A stretch of DNA of 62,921 nucleotides, counting the filler, from Candidatus Woesearchaeota archaeon CG1_02_57_44 (GTDB lineage: Archaea; Nanobdellota; Nanobdellia; Woesearchaeales; CG1-02-57-44), in the NCBI GenBank assembly GCA_001871415.1. It is 5 parts of 5 records of this genome, joined end to end, with 100 filler letters (N's around TTAATTAATTAA, not from the genome) between each part and the next. Parts side by side here need not be neighbours in the genome. Positions count along the whole stretch, not along the records: positions 1 to 9,153 come from MNWW01000050.1; positions 9,254 to 39,415 come from MNWW01000025.1; 3 more parts are not named here. One strand, written 5' to 3'. Below the pieces are notes generated by a model, which saw nothing but the letters and a program-made list of their open reading frames with translations, was not told the DNA's origin and searched no databases. The position numbers and the translations under genes were made by a program. Positions 1-9,329 of this stretch are shown piece by piece (the stretch's first letter is position 1; every line of letters starts with the position of its first letter).

Positions 1-1023
1 GGTGGGGTTGAGACTGCACGGGACCACGTGCTCGCGGCGCTGCGCGCAGGCAAGCACGTGGTCACTGCCAACAAGGCGCTGCTATCCGCGCACCTGCCGA
101 CCTTGATAGCTGCCGCGAAGGAGGCCAAGGTGGGGCTCGCTTTCGAAGCGTCGGTCGCCGGCTGCGTGCCGGTCATACGCACGCTGCAGGAAGCCATGGT
201 CTCTGAGCGATTGCGCAAGATCTATGGCATTGTCAATGGCACGACGAACTATATCCTCACCCGCATGGAAGAGGGCAGCAACTACAAGGGCGCGCTCTTT
301 GAGGCCCAGGAAAAGGGATACGCGGAGGCAGAGCCAAGCTTTGATGTGGATGGGCACGACGCGGCGCAGAAGCTCTCGGTGCTCATCGCCGTAGGGTATG
401 GCCTCTTTGTGCCTGGCAAAGCCATCTTCACGGAAGGTATCACCCGGGTGGCGCGCGAGGACATGATGTACGCCAAGAAGCTTGGTCGCGTCATCAAGCT
501 GCTGGCCATCGCCACGCATGAGCAGGGCGTGCTGCAGGCCCGCGTGCATCCGGTCATGCTCCCAGAGAGCCACTTTCTCGCCAGCGTGCGCCATGAGAAC
601 AATGCCCTGTTCCTTGAGGCGAGCAATGTCGGCGAGATGACGCTCATCGGCAAGGGCGCGGGTGGCGCGCCGACCGCATCAGCTGTTGTCAGCAACATCC
701 TTGACGTGCTCAGCGGGCACTGCAATGTCTCCCTCACCACGCAAGTGCCTGTGATGCCCATGCAGGAAGCGGCATTCGAGTACTACCTGCGTCACACGGT
801 GCTCGACACGCCAGGCGTCCTGCATAAGATCTCGGGCATCCTCGCCGAGCACAACATCAGCATCGCGGACGTGGTGCAGGTCGGCAGGAATGAGGATGAG
901 CCAATACCGCTCATCATCAGGACGCACCTCTCCAAGGAGAAAGCCATGATGGACGCATTGCACAAGATAGACGCGCTGGACGTTGTCAAGGACGCGACCG
1001 TGCTCATCCGTAATGAAGGGTGA
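1..1023 (+). CDS. hom: Homoserine dehydrogenase with C-terminal ACT domain (5' truncated by window edge)
   Basis: Motifs GKHVVTANK, FEASVAG, GIVNGTTNYIL, GYAEAEPSFDVDGHDAAQKL, GKGAGGAPTASAV; ACT-like DTPGVLHKISGILAEHNISI. Confidence 0.95.
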   Translation, partial: GGVETARDHVLAALRAGKHVVTANKALLSAHLPTLIAAAKEAKVGLAFEASVAGCVPVIRTLQEAMVSERLRKIYGIVNGTTNYILTRMEEGSNYKGALFEAQEKGYAEAEPSFDVDGHDAAQKLSVLIAVGYGLFVPGKAIFTEGITRVAREDMMYAKKLGRVIKLLAIATHEQGVLQARVHPVMLPESHFLASVRHENNALFLEASNVGEMTLIGKGAGGAPTASAVVSNILDVLSGHCNVSLTTQVPVMPMQEAAFEYYLRHTVLDTPGVLHKISGILAEHNISIADVVQVGRNEDEPIPLIIRTHLSKEKAMMDALHKIDALDVVKDATVLIRNEG

Positions 1024-1155
1024 TCTGTCAGTAATGAAGGATTATCAGCCACAGGATATGTTACGAAATCCTTACTCTATGGCCAAAAGGTTTTTAGGGA
1101 AGCTGCCAAAAGCCCGATGTATGGATGGGGCGCTTTGTTGCAAGAGGGAATCGCT

Positions 1156-2478
1156 ATGATTGTCATGAAATTCGGGGGCACTAGTGTCGGCTCGCCCGAG
1201 AATATCGCTCGAGTGCATGACATTGTAAAAGGACGTATCGCAAAAAAGCCCCTGGTCGTGGTCTCGGCATTCTCTGGCGTCACGGATAAGCTTATCGAAG
1301 CAGGCAATGAGGCCCTCAAGGGCAATCTTCTCACTGACATACTGGCGCGCAGGCACCGGGACATGATAGATGAGCTGCAGTTGCCCGCTGACACTATCGA
1401 ACCAGAGCTGCGAGAGCTTGCGATGCTCTTGCAGGGCATCAGCTATGTGGGTGAGTTCAATACCAAGATAATGGACAGGCTGCAAAGTTTCGGAGAGCGC
1501 ATGTCCAGCAAAGTTGTAGCGGCGTATTTCACCAGCCGCGGCATGCCCTCCACAGCCGTCAACGCGTCAAAGGCAGGCATGCAGACCAATGATCATTACG
1601 GCTCAGCTGAAATCACCCCTGAGACCTATGGGCTGCTTCGCGAGGGTCTTAGTCATGCATCAGGTATCCAGGTGGTGACGGGATTCATCGGCGTAACAGC
1701 CAAAGGGAATGTGACGACGCTTGGCCGAGGAGGCTCAGACTACACGGCGAGCATCATCGGCGCAGCATTGGGCGCGGACGAGATAGAGATATGGACTGAT
1801 GTCAATGGCGTCATGACCGCTGACCCGCGCATTGTCCCGGAAGCCATGACCCTGCAGACCATCAGTTTTGATGAAGCAGCAGAACTTGCGATACTGGGCG
1901 CGAAAGTGCTGCATCCCAAGACCATCCGGCCAGCGGTCAAGCTGGACATTCCTGTCCGGGTGCTCAATACGAACAATCCATCGCATCCTGGGACGGTCAT
2001 CCTCAAAGAGAGCCAGAATCCCAATTTCTTCACAGGCATCGCCATACGCAAGGACATATTGCTCATCAATATCACGGCAGCGGAGATGCTTGGCGTTCCC
2101 GGATTCCTGGAAAAGCTCTTTGGTATCTTCTCCAGGCACGAAGTCAGCGTCGATTTCATCGCGACGAGCGAAGTCAGCCTGAGCTTGACCATCGACAAGC
2201 AGGCGTACACGGAGGAAATAGCAGAGGAACTGGCCGCCCTGGGCAAGGTCTCGGTGCACGATGATAAGGCCATGGTCGCGGTCGTCGGCAACAAGGGCAA
2301 GGGCAAGCCGGGCATGGCAGCTAAGGTCTTTGGCACACTCGCCAACGCGGACATTCCTGTGAGCGCCATCTCGCTGTGCGCATCGCGTTTTAACATCGCC
2401 TGCATCGTCGAGCTTGTCAACGCGCCAAAGGCCATGCAGATACTGCACGCCGAGCACTTTGTCGATGTGAAGAAGTAG
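1156..2478 (+). CDS. lysC: Aspartate kinase
   Basis: MKFGGTSV, SFGERMS, TTLGRGGSDYTA, IWTDVNGVMTADPR, GAKVLHP and two ACT domains; ATG 1156 follows GAGGG. Confidence 0.95.
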   Translation: MIVMKFGGTSVGSPENIARVHDIVKGRIAKKPLVVVSAFSGVTDKLIEAGNEALKGNLLTDILARRHRDMIDELQLPADTIEPELRELAMLLQGISYVGEFNTKIMDRLQSFGERMSSKVVAAYFTSRGMPSTAVNASKAGMQTNDHYGSAEITPETYGLLREGLSHASGIQVVTGFIGVTAKGNVTTLGRGGSDYTASIIGAALGADEIEIWTDVNGVMTADPRIVPEAMTLQTISFDEAAELAILGAKVLHPKTIRPAVKLDIPVRVLNTNNPSHPGTVILKESQNPNFFTGIAIRKDILLINITAAEMLGVPGFLEKLFGIFSRHEVSVDFIATSEVSLSLTIDKQAYTEEIAEELAALGKVSVHDDKAMVAVVGNKGKGKPGMAAKVFGTLANADIPVSAISLCASRFNIACIVELVNAPKAMQILHAEHFVDVKK

Positions 2479-2560
2479 GATGGCAGGCAGTCTCCTCCCC
2501 TTTCCCTTATTGTCGCCCTCTTCCATCAAGCTTATTACCCTTTGATGATTTTCTTCGCGC

Positions 2561-3919
2561 ATGCGCGTGTATATCGACAGCTACGGGTGCAGCGCCAACC
2601 ACAGCAATGCGGAAATAATGGCAGGGCTTCTTGCTGAAGCGGGCTTTTGCATCGCTGATGAGCCCTATAGCGCTGATGTCATCGTGGTCAACACCTGTAC
2701 GGTAAAGACGCCGACCGAGCGCAAGATACTGCGCCGGTTGCGCGAGCTTTCGGGGCGCAATCTTGTCGTCACGGGCTGCATGGCTGACGCTCAGCGGCAG
2801 ACTATCGCCAAGACCGTGCCACAGGCGACTATCCTGCCAAGCGGCAATACCCAAGGCATTGTTGGAGCGGTACGTTCCCAGATCGCCGGATACACGTTCG
2901 AGGGGAAATTTTCCAGAGGGCAAGACTCATGCCTGACAGAGGATTCTGCTGCGGGATCGCGGCCTGAACTGAAGGTCGACCTTCCAAAACTGCGGCGAAA
3001 TCCTGTCATCAATATCGTGCAGATAAATGAAGGGTGTCTGTCCAATTGCACGTATTGCATCACTAAACAGGCGAAAGGGAATCTACGCTCCTATCCTGCC
3101 AATGCCATACTGGCTGATGTGCGAAAGGGCATCGAGGACGGTTGCAAGGAAGTATGGCTGACCAGCCAGGACACGGGCGCCTATGGCCTTGACATCGGGA
3201 CAAACCTCGCTGCGCTACTGCGCAAGGTCTGCGCGCTGCATGGTGACTTTCGCGTGCGCGCGGGCATGACGAATCCACAGCACATTTCGCCTTTTCTACC
3301 TGAACTGGTTCTGGCGTATCGGCATCCTAAGATGTTTCGTTTTTTGCACATGCCTGTGCAAGCTGGCTCTGACAAGGTACTCAAGGATATGGGCAGAGGC
3401 TACACGGTGCAGACGTTCCTTCGCATCATTGAAGCGTTCCGGCTCAGTGTTCCTGACGTCACCATCAGCACTGACTTTATCTGCGGATTTCCGACGGAGA
3501 CTGAGGAGGATTTTGAGCAGAGCTTGGACTTGGTCAAAGCGGCGCGATTCGGTATTGTCAATGTGAGCAGGTTCTGGGCCAGGCCGCGCACGAGCGCTGC
3601 CACACTGCCGCGCTTTCATGGGCAGGTGACTAAGGAGCGCTCAACACGTCTGGTTCGGCTGTGGCAAGGCCTTGCGCAGCAGGATAACACGCTGCTAGTT
3701 GGCAGCAGTCAAAGGATCCTGCTTGATGAACAAGGAAAGGGCGGCGTCATCGGCAGGACAGACACCTACAAGCAGGTCTTTTTTCGATGTCTGATGCCCT
3801 TGGGTTCCTGGATTGATGCCCGCATTGAGAAGGCAACAGCGTTTGATCTGCGCGGCGTGATTGATGGGGCTGCGGAAGGAGCGCCTAGTCAACGCGTGAG
3901 CCTTCCGGTCCTGACGTAG
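2561..3919 (+). CDS. mtaB: tRNA methylthiotransferase, archaeal/eukaryotic MtaB type (MiaB family radical SAM)
   Basis: UPF0004 cysteines (YGCSAN, NTCTVK, VTGCM), CxxxCxxC GCLSNCTYC, SQDTGAYG, TDFICGFPTET, C-terminal TRAM-like region. Confidence 0.88.
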   Translation: MRVYIDSYGCSANHSNAEIMAGLLAEAGFCIADEPYSADVIVVNTCTVKTPTERKILRRLRELSGRNLVVTGCMADAQRQTIAKTVPQATILPSGNTQGIVGAVRSQIAGYTFEGKFSRGQDSCLTEDSAAGSRPELKVDLPKLRRNPVINIVQINEGCLSNCTYCITKQAKGNLRSYPANAILADVRKGIEDGCKEVWLTSQDTGAYGLDIGTNLAALLRKVCALHGDFRVRAGMTNPQHISPFLPELVLAYRHPKMFRFLHMPVQAGSDKVLKDMGRGYTVQTFLRIIEAFRLSVPDVTISTDFICGFPTETEEDFEQSLDLVKAARFGIVNVSRFWARPRTSAATLPRFHGQVTKERSTRLVRLWQGLAQQDNTLLVGSSQRILLDEQGKGGVIGRTDTYKQVFFRCLMPLGSWIDARIEKATAFDLRGVIDGAAEGAPSQRVSLPVLT

Positions 3920-3974
3920 GATTTTCGCTTTTTACTGGCTCAAGGTTAAGAATGTCTCCCGATTCTACCCGTAT

Positions 3975-4256
3975 ATGGTGTTGAACAACGGGGCAGTTGT
4001 CTGCTTCGTGCTGGGTCTCCTGCTGCTCTGGATGGGTGCGGCAGCGGTCAGGACATACGCTGCCTCTCCATTGGGCAGCGCGCAGGTGGTGGAAGGGACC
4101 GTGATGCGAGTGTGGCCGCAAAGCTTGCTCGTCGAAGAGCGGCGAATCGTGATGGTGGTGGGCGCGCATAACGCGAGTATCGGTCAGCAGGTTGTCGCGA
4201 CTGGCAGGCAAGGTCTTACAACATTCACCGCGAGAGTCATTCTGGTGAAACCGTGA
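3975..4256 (+). CDS. Small membrane-anchored protein, possible OB-fold
   Basis: N-terminal hydrophobic helix followed by beta-rich VVEGTV...VVATGR segment. Confidence 0.55.
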   Translation: MVLNNGAVVCFVLGLLLLWMGAAAVRTYAASPLGSAQVVEGTVMRVWPQSLLVEERRIVMVVGAHNASIGQQVVATGRQGLTTFTARVILVKP

Positions 4257-4355
4257 CAGGATGGTGTTCTGGTAAGGGCTCGTTCTGTGAACGGTGATTG
4301 TGGGCAGAACGATAATTCCATAACATATTTATACGGGGCGTGCCAAAATAAGGAT

Positions 4356-4721
4356 ATGCGCCAACTCAGATTGCTACCTGCCAGGGTTGTTGCATATCCC
4401 GACATGGTCGCCCTGCAACTCAGCTGGCTTGATGGACTTGGCAAAGGGTATGTGTCCAACTATCAGGTACATGCTGGACACTCGCCCGAGAGCATGCGTC
4501 CTGTGGTCGCTGACTGGAAGCATAATCGCATCAGGCTGCCTGTTGGCCAGTTCCTCGATGGGCATCAGTACTACTTCTCTATCTGGTCCGAGCATCCTGA
4601 CGGTGATGGCATCACGGTGTCTAACACCATTGCCAAGCGCGTGCATCATTCTCCAGAAACCAGCCTTGAAAAGATACAGGAAAAGAGAAATAAATTATTC
4701 GGCCAGAATGATCTGTTCTAG
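4356..4721 (+). CDS. Hypothetical protein with fibronectin type III-like pattern
   Basis: LQLSW...YQV...YYFSIWS...SN pattern; ATG 4356 follows TTTATA and AAGGA. Confidence 0.55.
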   Translation: MRQLRLLPARVVAYPDMVALQLSWLDGLGKGYVSNYQVHAGHSPESMRPVVADWKHNRIRLPVGQFLDGHQYYFSIWSEHPDGDGITVSNTIAKRVHHSPETSLEKIQEKRNKLFGQNDLF

Positions 4722-4748
4722 CCGCTGATGACAAAAGATATTCGTCGC

Positions 4749-5165
4749 CTACTTCTTGCCCTTCTTTCTGGCCGTCTTCGCCTTTGCCTGCTTTTTGGCA
4801 GATTTTGCTATCTTCTTCGCAGGAGCTTTCTTGGACGCTGCTTTCTTGGCCGGCTTCGCCTTTTTAGCGGGGGTCTTCTTTTTAGTGGATCTCTTTTGGG
4901 AAGCTTTCTTTATAGACTTTTTCTTTGCCACAGCGGCGATGGGGGCCACGCTCATGAGTGCTACGGGCTTAGATGCTGTCTTGACCGGTTGCATGGCAGG
5001 CTTTGACAGGGACGCGGGTGGCATGGGGGGCGCTTTCAAATCCGCCATGCTCAAGCGGTTCTGGATATTGGCCGCGATATGGCGGTTCATATACCACTTG
5101 AAGACGATAATCACTGCAATCAGCACAACCACATACCATAATGCCCTTATCATACCCGGTTCCAT
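4749..5165 (-). CDS. Single-TM protein with histone H1-like Lys/Ala/Pro-rich tail
   Basis: N-terminal TM, then repeated (P)AKK units; TTTTTAAA upstream on minus strand. Confidence 0.7.
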   Translation of the reverse strand: MEPGMIRALWYVVVLIAVIIVFKWYMNRHIAANIQNRLSMADLKAPPMPPASLSKPAMQPVKTASKPVALMSVAPIAAVAKKKSIKKASQKRSTKKKTPAKKAKPAKKAASKKAPAKKIAKSAKKQAKAKTARKKGKK

Positions 5166-5350
5166 GCCCTCACCCCTTTATTAAGACAATGCGCTGTTGG
5201 TGGGCGGGGGGGGTTTAAAAAACTTGCTGTGTCTTGACCCCTGCCATGGGCGACAATCTTATATACTAGTTATTTGTCACTATGCAATGCTAACAGTGCT
5301 GATGCGACGGCGCCTTTATGCGTCTGCATCAGATACGCGATGTGCATACT

Positions 5351-5494
5351 ATGGACGAATCTGAAAACGCGGCAGACAGGCAATCAACAGACAGCAAGCC
5401 GGAGATCTCTTTTTATACCTGCGGTATCGTGTGCACGTTCTCCAAGCAGGACTTTCCCCGAGTCATGGATGTTCTACGTGGACGGCATGATTGA
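5351..5494 (+). CDS. Possible small protein (47 aa, MDESENAADRQ...RGRHD)
   Basis: Manually translated ORF below the track cutoff, downstream of TTATATA at ~5259; no recognised motif. Confidence 0.3.
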   Translation: MDESENAADRQSTDSKPEISFYTCGIVCTFSKQDFPRVMDVLRGRHD

Positions 5495-5630
5495 ACTGAT
5501 GGGCTTCTTTTGTTATGATATTTTCCTATGATACGGTGATTGAGACTCTTTTGCTTGTCAAGCGTCTGACACGATATCGCGTCCTGTTTTCTCATAATAG
5601 TCATAAGCGCAGTAGCGATCACGTCAGTCT

Positions 5631-6323
5631 ATGACACTCGCCGAACTGTTGGACAAACTGCCTGTCGATAAGATCAAAGCTGACACTGCCATCGCGTCAG
5701 GTCTGCAGCGCCTGGGCAATTCCTATGCGCATGAGGGTACGAACTACTCCATCGATGGAAAAGTGGCCAATGATGTGCTTGCCGCCGCAATCCTGCCGAC
5801 CTTTATCGGGCAGGAGCTGGAAGCGGCATACAGCGCTATCAACGCAGACCCTTCAGGACTTACTTCCCGTGAGGGGGGTGTCGCGTATTTGCAGGGCGTT
5901 CTGGAAGCAGGCAAGGACCCTTACCTTGGAGCAATCGCAGGTCTGGACGGCGATCACTTCTATCAGGCACTGGGCATGTTGCTCGCTAGCGTTGATCGCT
6001 CAGGCAGGCTTCACGATACCTTGCTCGCGGTGCGCGAAGGCAGGGGGACTAAAGCCATGGCTGAGGAACTAAAAGGAGGCATCCAGCAGGCGCATCTTGT
6101 CGCCTTGCAGCAAATCGTCACTGACGAGCTCATCGAGCCGCATCTGCATAGCGAGCGTATCCTTGACGTCGCCGCGGCAAGCGCGGCCCTGCAGAACCAG
6201 CTGTCTGGTGGCACGGTCCTGCAGAGCCCTTATGATCTGGTGCGCAATCCAGGCAGCGCCGTGGCGCAGGCAGGAGCGCGCGTCGGGGACGCCTATCGCG
6301 CGGCGCCCTACAGCGCACGATAG
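5631..6323 (+). CDS. Hypothetical protein
   Basis: 230-aa ORF with protein-like composition; no recognised motif. Confidence 0.65.
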   Translation: MTLAELLDKLPVDKIKADTAIASGLQRLGNSYAHEGTNYSIDGKVANDVLAAAILPTFIGQELEAAYSAINADPSGLTSREGGVAYLQGVLEAGKDPYLGAIAGLDGDHFYQALGMLLASVDRSGRLHDTLLAVREGRGTKAMAEELKGGIQQAHLVALQQIVTDELIEPHLHSERILDVAAASAALQNQLSGGTVLQSPYDLVRNPGSAVAQAGARVGDAYRAAPYSAR

Positions 6324-6438
6324 GACCTACTGCTTTGTCGCTTTGTGGGGTCGGCTACAAGGAACGTTGCGTAACCGCCCCTCAAACAACGACGACAGAC
6401 ACGCTGAGATTATATATCGCTGATGCGTTCCCTTGAGC

Positions 6439-7533
6439 ATGTTTCCGATCGGCTACAGCCATACGCCCACAGCAGAGGCCTTTGCACAGGCGGCCAAAGC
6501 GCTGGACTTCGGCCTGGATCCTGGCATAGCGTCCAGCCTTGAGCAGCGCGTCGGCAACAGCTTACAGGATGCCATCAAGACGACGCGTTATCAGCTGCCA
6601 GCACTGCGCGACGCGCAGCGCGAATTCGATAACCTGTACTTCGGCAGCGTGCTTGGCAGTGGACTTGCCTATGGCAACAAGGAATCGCTGGCAGCATATA
6701 CTGGTCTGAGTCCCAGTACGGTCTTCAGACGGCAGGAAGAGCTCAAGCCTGCTATCGATTTCAACTGGTTTTATCCTGGAAAGAAACCAGGACAGGAGTC
6801 TTTGTACAGGCCTGAATTGGTTATCGCGTCTCAGCTGAGCGCTGGTCCGGCTGACCATCGACGCCTGCCAGCCATGGGTGAGCTTGACGCGCACCTGCAG
6901 AATCTATATGCGCCTGCGCATCTGCTGGATGCTGCCACCGTCGCGCCATTGGTCGCTGAGACCATAGCATCGCATCCTTGGCTGACGCCCGAAGCAAAGG
7001 ACAAGGCAACCCTATCAGCGTCATTGTCCATTGATGCGCTAGTCAAAGCGACCAACGCCCTTCCTGTGCAAGGCGTGAACGGGTACACGGATGTCCGACT
7101 GTTGTTCCTTGACGCCGCGTATAGTACTGCCAGGGCTAATGATGGCAAGATGCCCTACGCGCGGACAAAAACAGCGTTCCTGCGACGATACTTCTCCCTT
7201 GCTGTTGAAACCTATGGCTCTGTTACTGACGCTGCCCGTGGTATCGGCATCTCCCGGCAGCACCTGTATGACGGACTGCGTGATGCAACGCAGCACGCAG
7301 AGCATTACACTGGAACTGGCAGCAAGCCCGAGCGCAATGCTCCTGGGGCATCTCACTCATCGGACGACGCAGGAGACTCGCGTCCTGCCAGGAGGCCGGA
7401 TGCGCTGCTATCGCCGCCATCAATACGCGCGGCACCTGCGCTCAGACAACCTGCCCCTGCGCCGTCGCTCTTTGTCCCTGACTTCGAGCATATCCCTGTC
7501 GGCGCTGACGGTAAATGCTGGAAAGCGGCGTAG
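6439..7533 (+). CDS. Hypothetical protein with two Fis-like helix-turn-helix motifs
   Basis: YGNKESLAAYTGLSPSTVFRR and YGSVTDAARGIGISRQHLY; TTATATA upstream. Confidence 0.65.
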   Translation: MFPIGYSHTPTAEAFAQAAKALDFGLDPGIASSLEQRVGNSLQDAIKTTRYQLPALRDAQREFDNLYFGSVLGSGLAYGNKESLAAYTGLSPSTVFRRQEELKPAIDFNWFYPGKKPGQESLYRPELVIASQLSAGPADHRRLPAMGELDAHLQNLYAPAHLLDAATVAPLVAETIASHPWLTPEAKDKATLSASLSIDALVKATNALPVQGVNGYTDVRLLFLDAAYSTARANDGKMPYARTKTAFLRRYFSLAVETYGSVTDAARGIGISRQHLYDGLRDATQHAEHYTGTGSKPERNAPGASHSSDDAGDSRPARRPDALLSPPSIRAAPALRQPAPAPSLFVPDFEHIPVGADGKCWKAA

Positions 7534-7654
7534 TGGTCAGGGATCTGTGCTGCTGAGTGTCAAGCAAATACCATGGCATACGCTAGTGCATCACCATCAA
7601 GATTATCAGGAGCGCGGACTCTTACCCTGCCATGATACGCGCAATTGAGGTGGT

Positions 7655-8164
7655 ATGATGGCTGATGAGATACCAGCGCATGGTGTTGGCGAATCCGCGT
7701 ATGCTGGCGCGTCGCGGGCTATGGCTCCTGCGTCAGGCCAGGGCATGCTGCTGTATATGGCCATGTCGGGCAGGGATGACCTGCCAGGCTATACGCGAGC
7801 GCACGGTGGCGCAGGACATCCACATGGAACATATGGGATAGCGTCTGCAGCAGCGCGCAGGCAGCCAGGGCGTTATGCGGGCCAGCCTGATGTGTCAAAC
7901 TTCGCAGACCCGAGCGTGTACAAGAGCAAGGCGCAGGGAATGCCTGTCTGTCACAGCATAGACAGCATGCTCTATCAAGGTTTCAATTGGAATCAGGGGC
8001 TGCCCTGGTATACGCAGAACATGCAACTGCAGGGCGGACGCGCACAGAGCGCCCCCAATAGCGCCCACAAACCTAGCCAGGTGGCAATGGTGCTCCTGGG
8101 TCTCTTTGAGCAAGTGTCAGCGACAGCGTCGGGTGGACAGAAAGCAGAACCTGGAAAACAATAG
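7655..8164 (+). CDS. Hypothetical protein
   Basis: 169-aa ORF preceded by GAGGTGG RBS. Confidence 0.5.
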   Translation: MMADEIPAHGVGESAYAGASRAMAPASGQGMLLYMAMSGRDDLPGYTRAHGGAGHPHGTYGIASAAARRQPGRYAGQPDVSNFADPSVYKSKAQGMPVCHSIDSMLYQGFNWNQGLPWYTQNMQLQGGRAQSAPNSAHKPSQVAMVLLGLFEQVSATASGGQKAEPGKQ

Positions 8165-8246
8165 GGTGCACGTGTGCATATGTTCGACAGGCCCGAAAAA
8201 CAGTCACCATAAGCTTTAAAAAGGGAACCCCTTTTCCCGGACACCA

Positions 8247-9041
8247 ATGGCTTCAAAGGTAAGATGGTACCCGGTTGTCACAGACAGCAGCTTCGCTAAT
8301 GCCCCTATAGGCGATACGGTCGCGCGGGAAAGCAAGGAGCTTATCGGGCGAAGCATGCAGGTCAGTCTCATGGAACTGACCAATGACATGAAAAAGCAGC
8401 ACATCAATGTCAAATTCCGCATCCAGGGTGTCAAGGACAAGATTGCGGTCGCGCAGCCAGTCGCCATGTTCATTCTTCCCAGTGCAATCAAGCGCCAGGT
8501 GCGAAGGCGCCGCACAAGACTTGATGACAGTTTCATCTGCATGACCGCGGACAAGCATCTGGTCAGGCTCAAGCCCATTGTCATGACACGGGCAAACACC
8601 AATAACAGCATCAATCAGGCCATGCGCAAGACCCAGAGATACCTGCTGGCCAAGATCATCGAGAAGATCACCTACGAGACACTCATCAAGGACGCGGTCT
8701 CGGGTAAATTGCCTTCCTACATGAAAAAGCAGCTTGAGAGCATCTATCCACTTCGCAGCTGGGGCCTTCGCTATGTCGGTCTGCACGCCAAGGCAGAAGG
8801 GGAAGAAGCACCAGTCATCCACTCAGATGACTACTCTGCCGAAGACGTCGTCAAGAAGCTGTTCGCCACCAAGCGCGAGCGTAAGCGGCGCACCAAGAAT
8901 ACTGACGATGATGCGCAGGAATCAACCACTGCTGTTGGCACATCCCAGGCGGATGAGCTGGATGCGCAGTCGGAAGAAGCGTCAGAGGGCGATGATGAGG
9001 CCGATGACGCTGATGATGACGAAGACACCGCTTCTGAGTGA
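8247..9041 (+). CDS. rps3ae: 30S ribosomal protein S3Ae (eS1) with acidic C-terminal extension
   Basis: KVRWYPV, LIGRSMQVSLMELTND, IKRQVRRRRTRLDD, SIYPLR; TTTAAA TATA box at ~8215. Confidence 0.9.
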   Translation: MASKVRWYPVVTDSSFANAPIGDTVARESKELIGRSMQVSLMELTNDMKKQHINVKFRIQGVKDKIAVAQPVAMFILPSAIKRQVRRRRTRLDDSFICMTADKHLVRLKPIVMTRANTNNSINQAMRKTQRYLLAKIIEKITYETLIKDAVSGKLPSYMKKQLESIYPLRSWGLRYVGLHAKAEGEEAPVIHSDDYSAEDVVKKLFATKRERKRRTKNTDDDAQESTTAVGTSQADELDAQSEEASEGDDEADDADDDEDTASE

Positions 9042-9052
9042 TTGCTGATCTT

Positions 9053-9153
9053 ATTGCAAAGCACGGGGTTGAATACCCCGTCCTTCAGGACGTGCTTTGC
9101 AATTCAAAAATCCGCCTGCAATGACGAGGCGCGGTAATACCGCGGCCTTCAGG
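9053..9153. repeat. Two related hairpin units (REP-like / IS200-IS605 end-like) running into the contig end
   Basis: Outer stem ATTGCAAAGCAC/GTGCTTTGCAAT encloses GGGGT-TGAAT-ACCCC and GTCC-TTCA-GGAC; second unit CGCGGT-AAT-ACCGCG-GCC-TTCA-GG is truncated at 9153. Confidence 0.6.
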
Positions 9154-9253
9154 NNNNNNNNNNNNNNNNNNNNNNNNNNNNNNNNNNNNNNNNNNNNTTA
9201 ATTAATTAANNNNNNNNNNNNNNNNNNNNNNNNNNNNNNNNNNNNNNNNNNNN
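9154..9253. other. Artificial contig linker
   Basis: 100 nt of N with central TTAATTAATTAA (stops in all frames). Confidence 0.98.
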
Positions 9254-9329
9254 CCGAAACAGCACGCCATGCGCAAGGGCGAGGGGACAATACAGGAAGC
9301 ATCCACCCCGTTGAGAGGACCCACGCATC

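Noticed and set aside
9154..9253. TTAATTAATTAA within N runs (also 39416, 47697, 54834) as a biological repeat
   Set aside because: Identical 100-nt spacers with stops in all frames: contig-joining linkers
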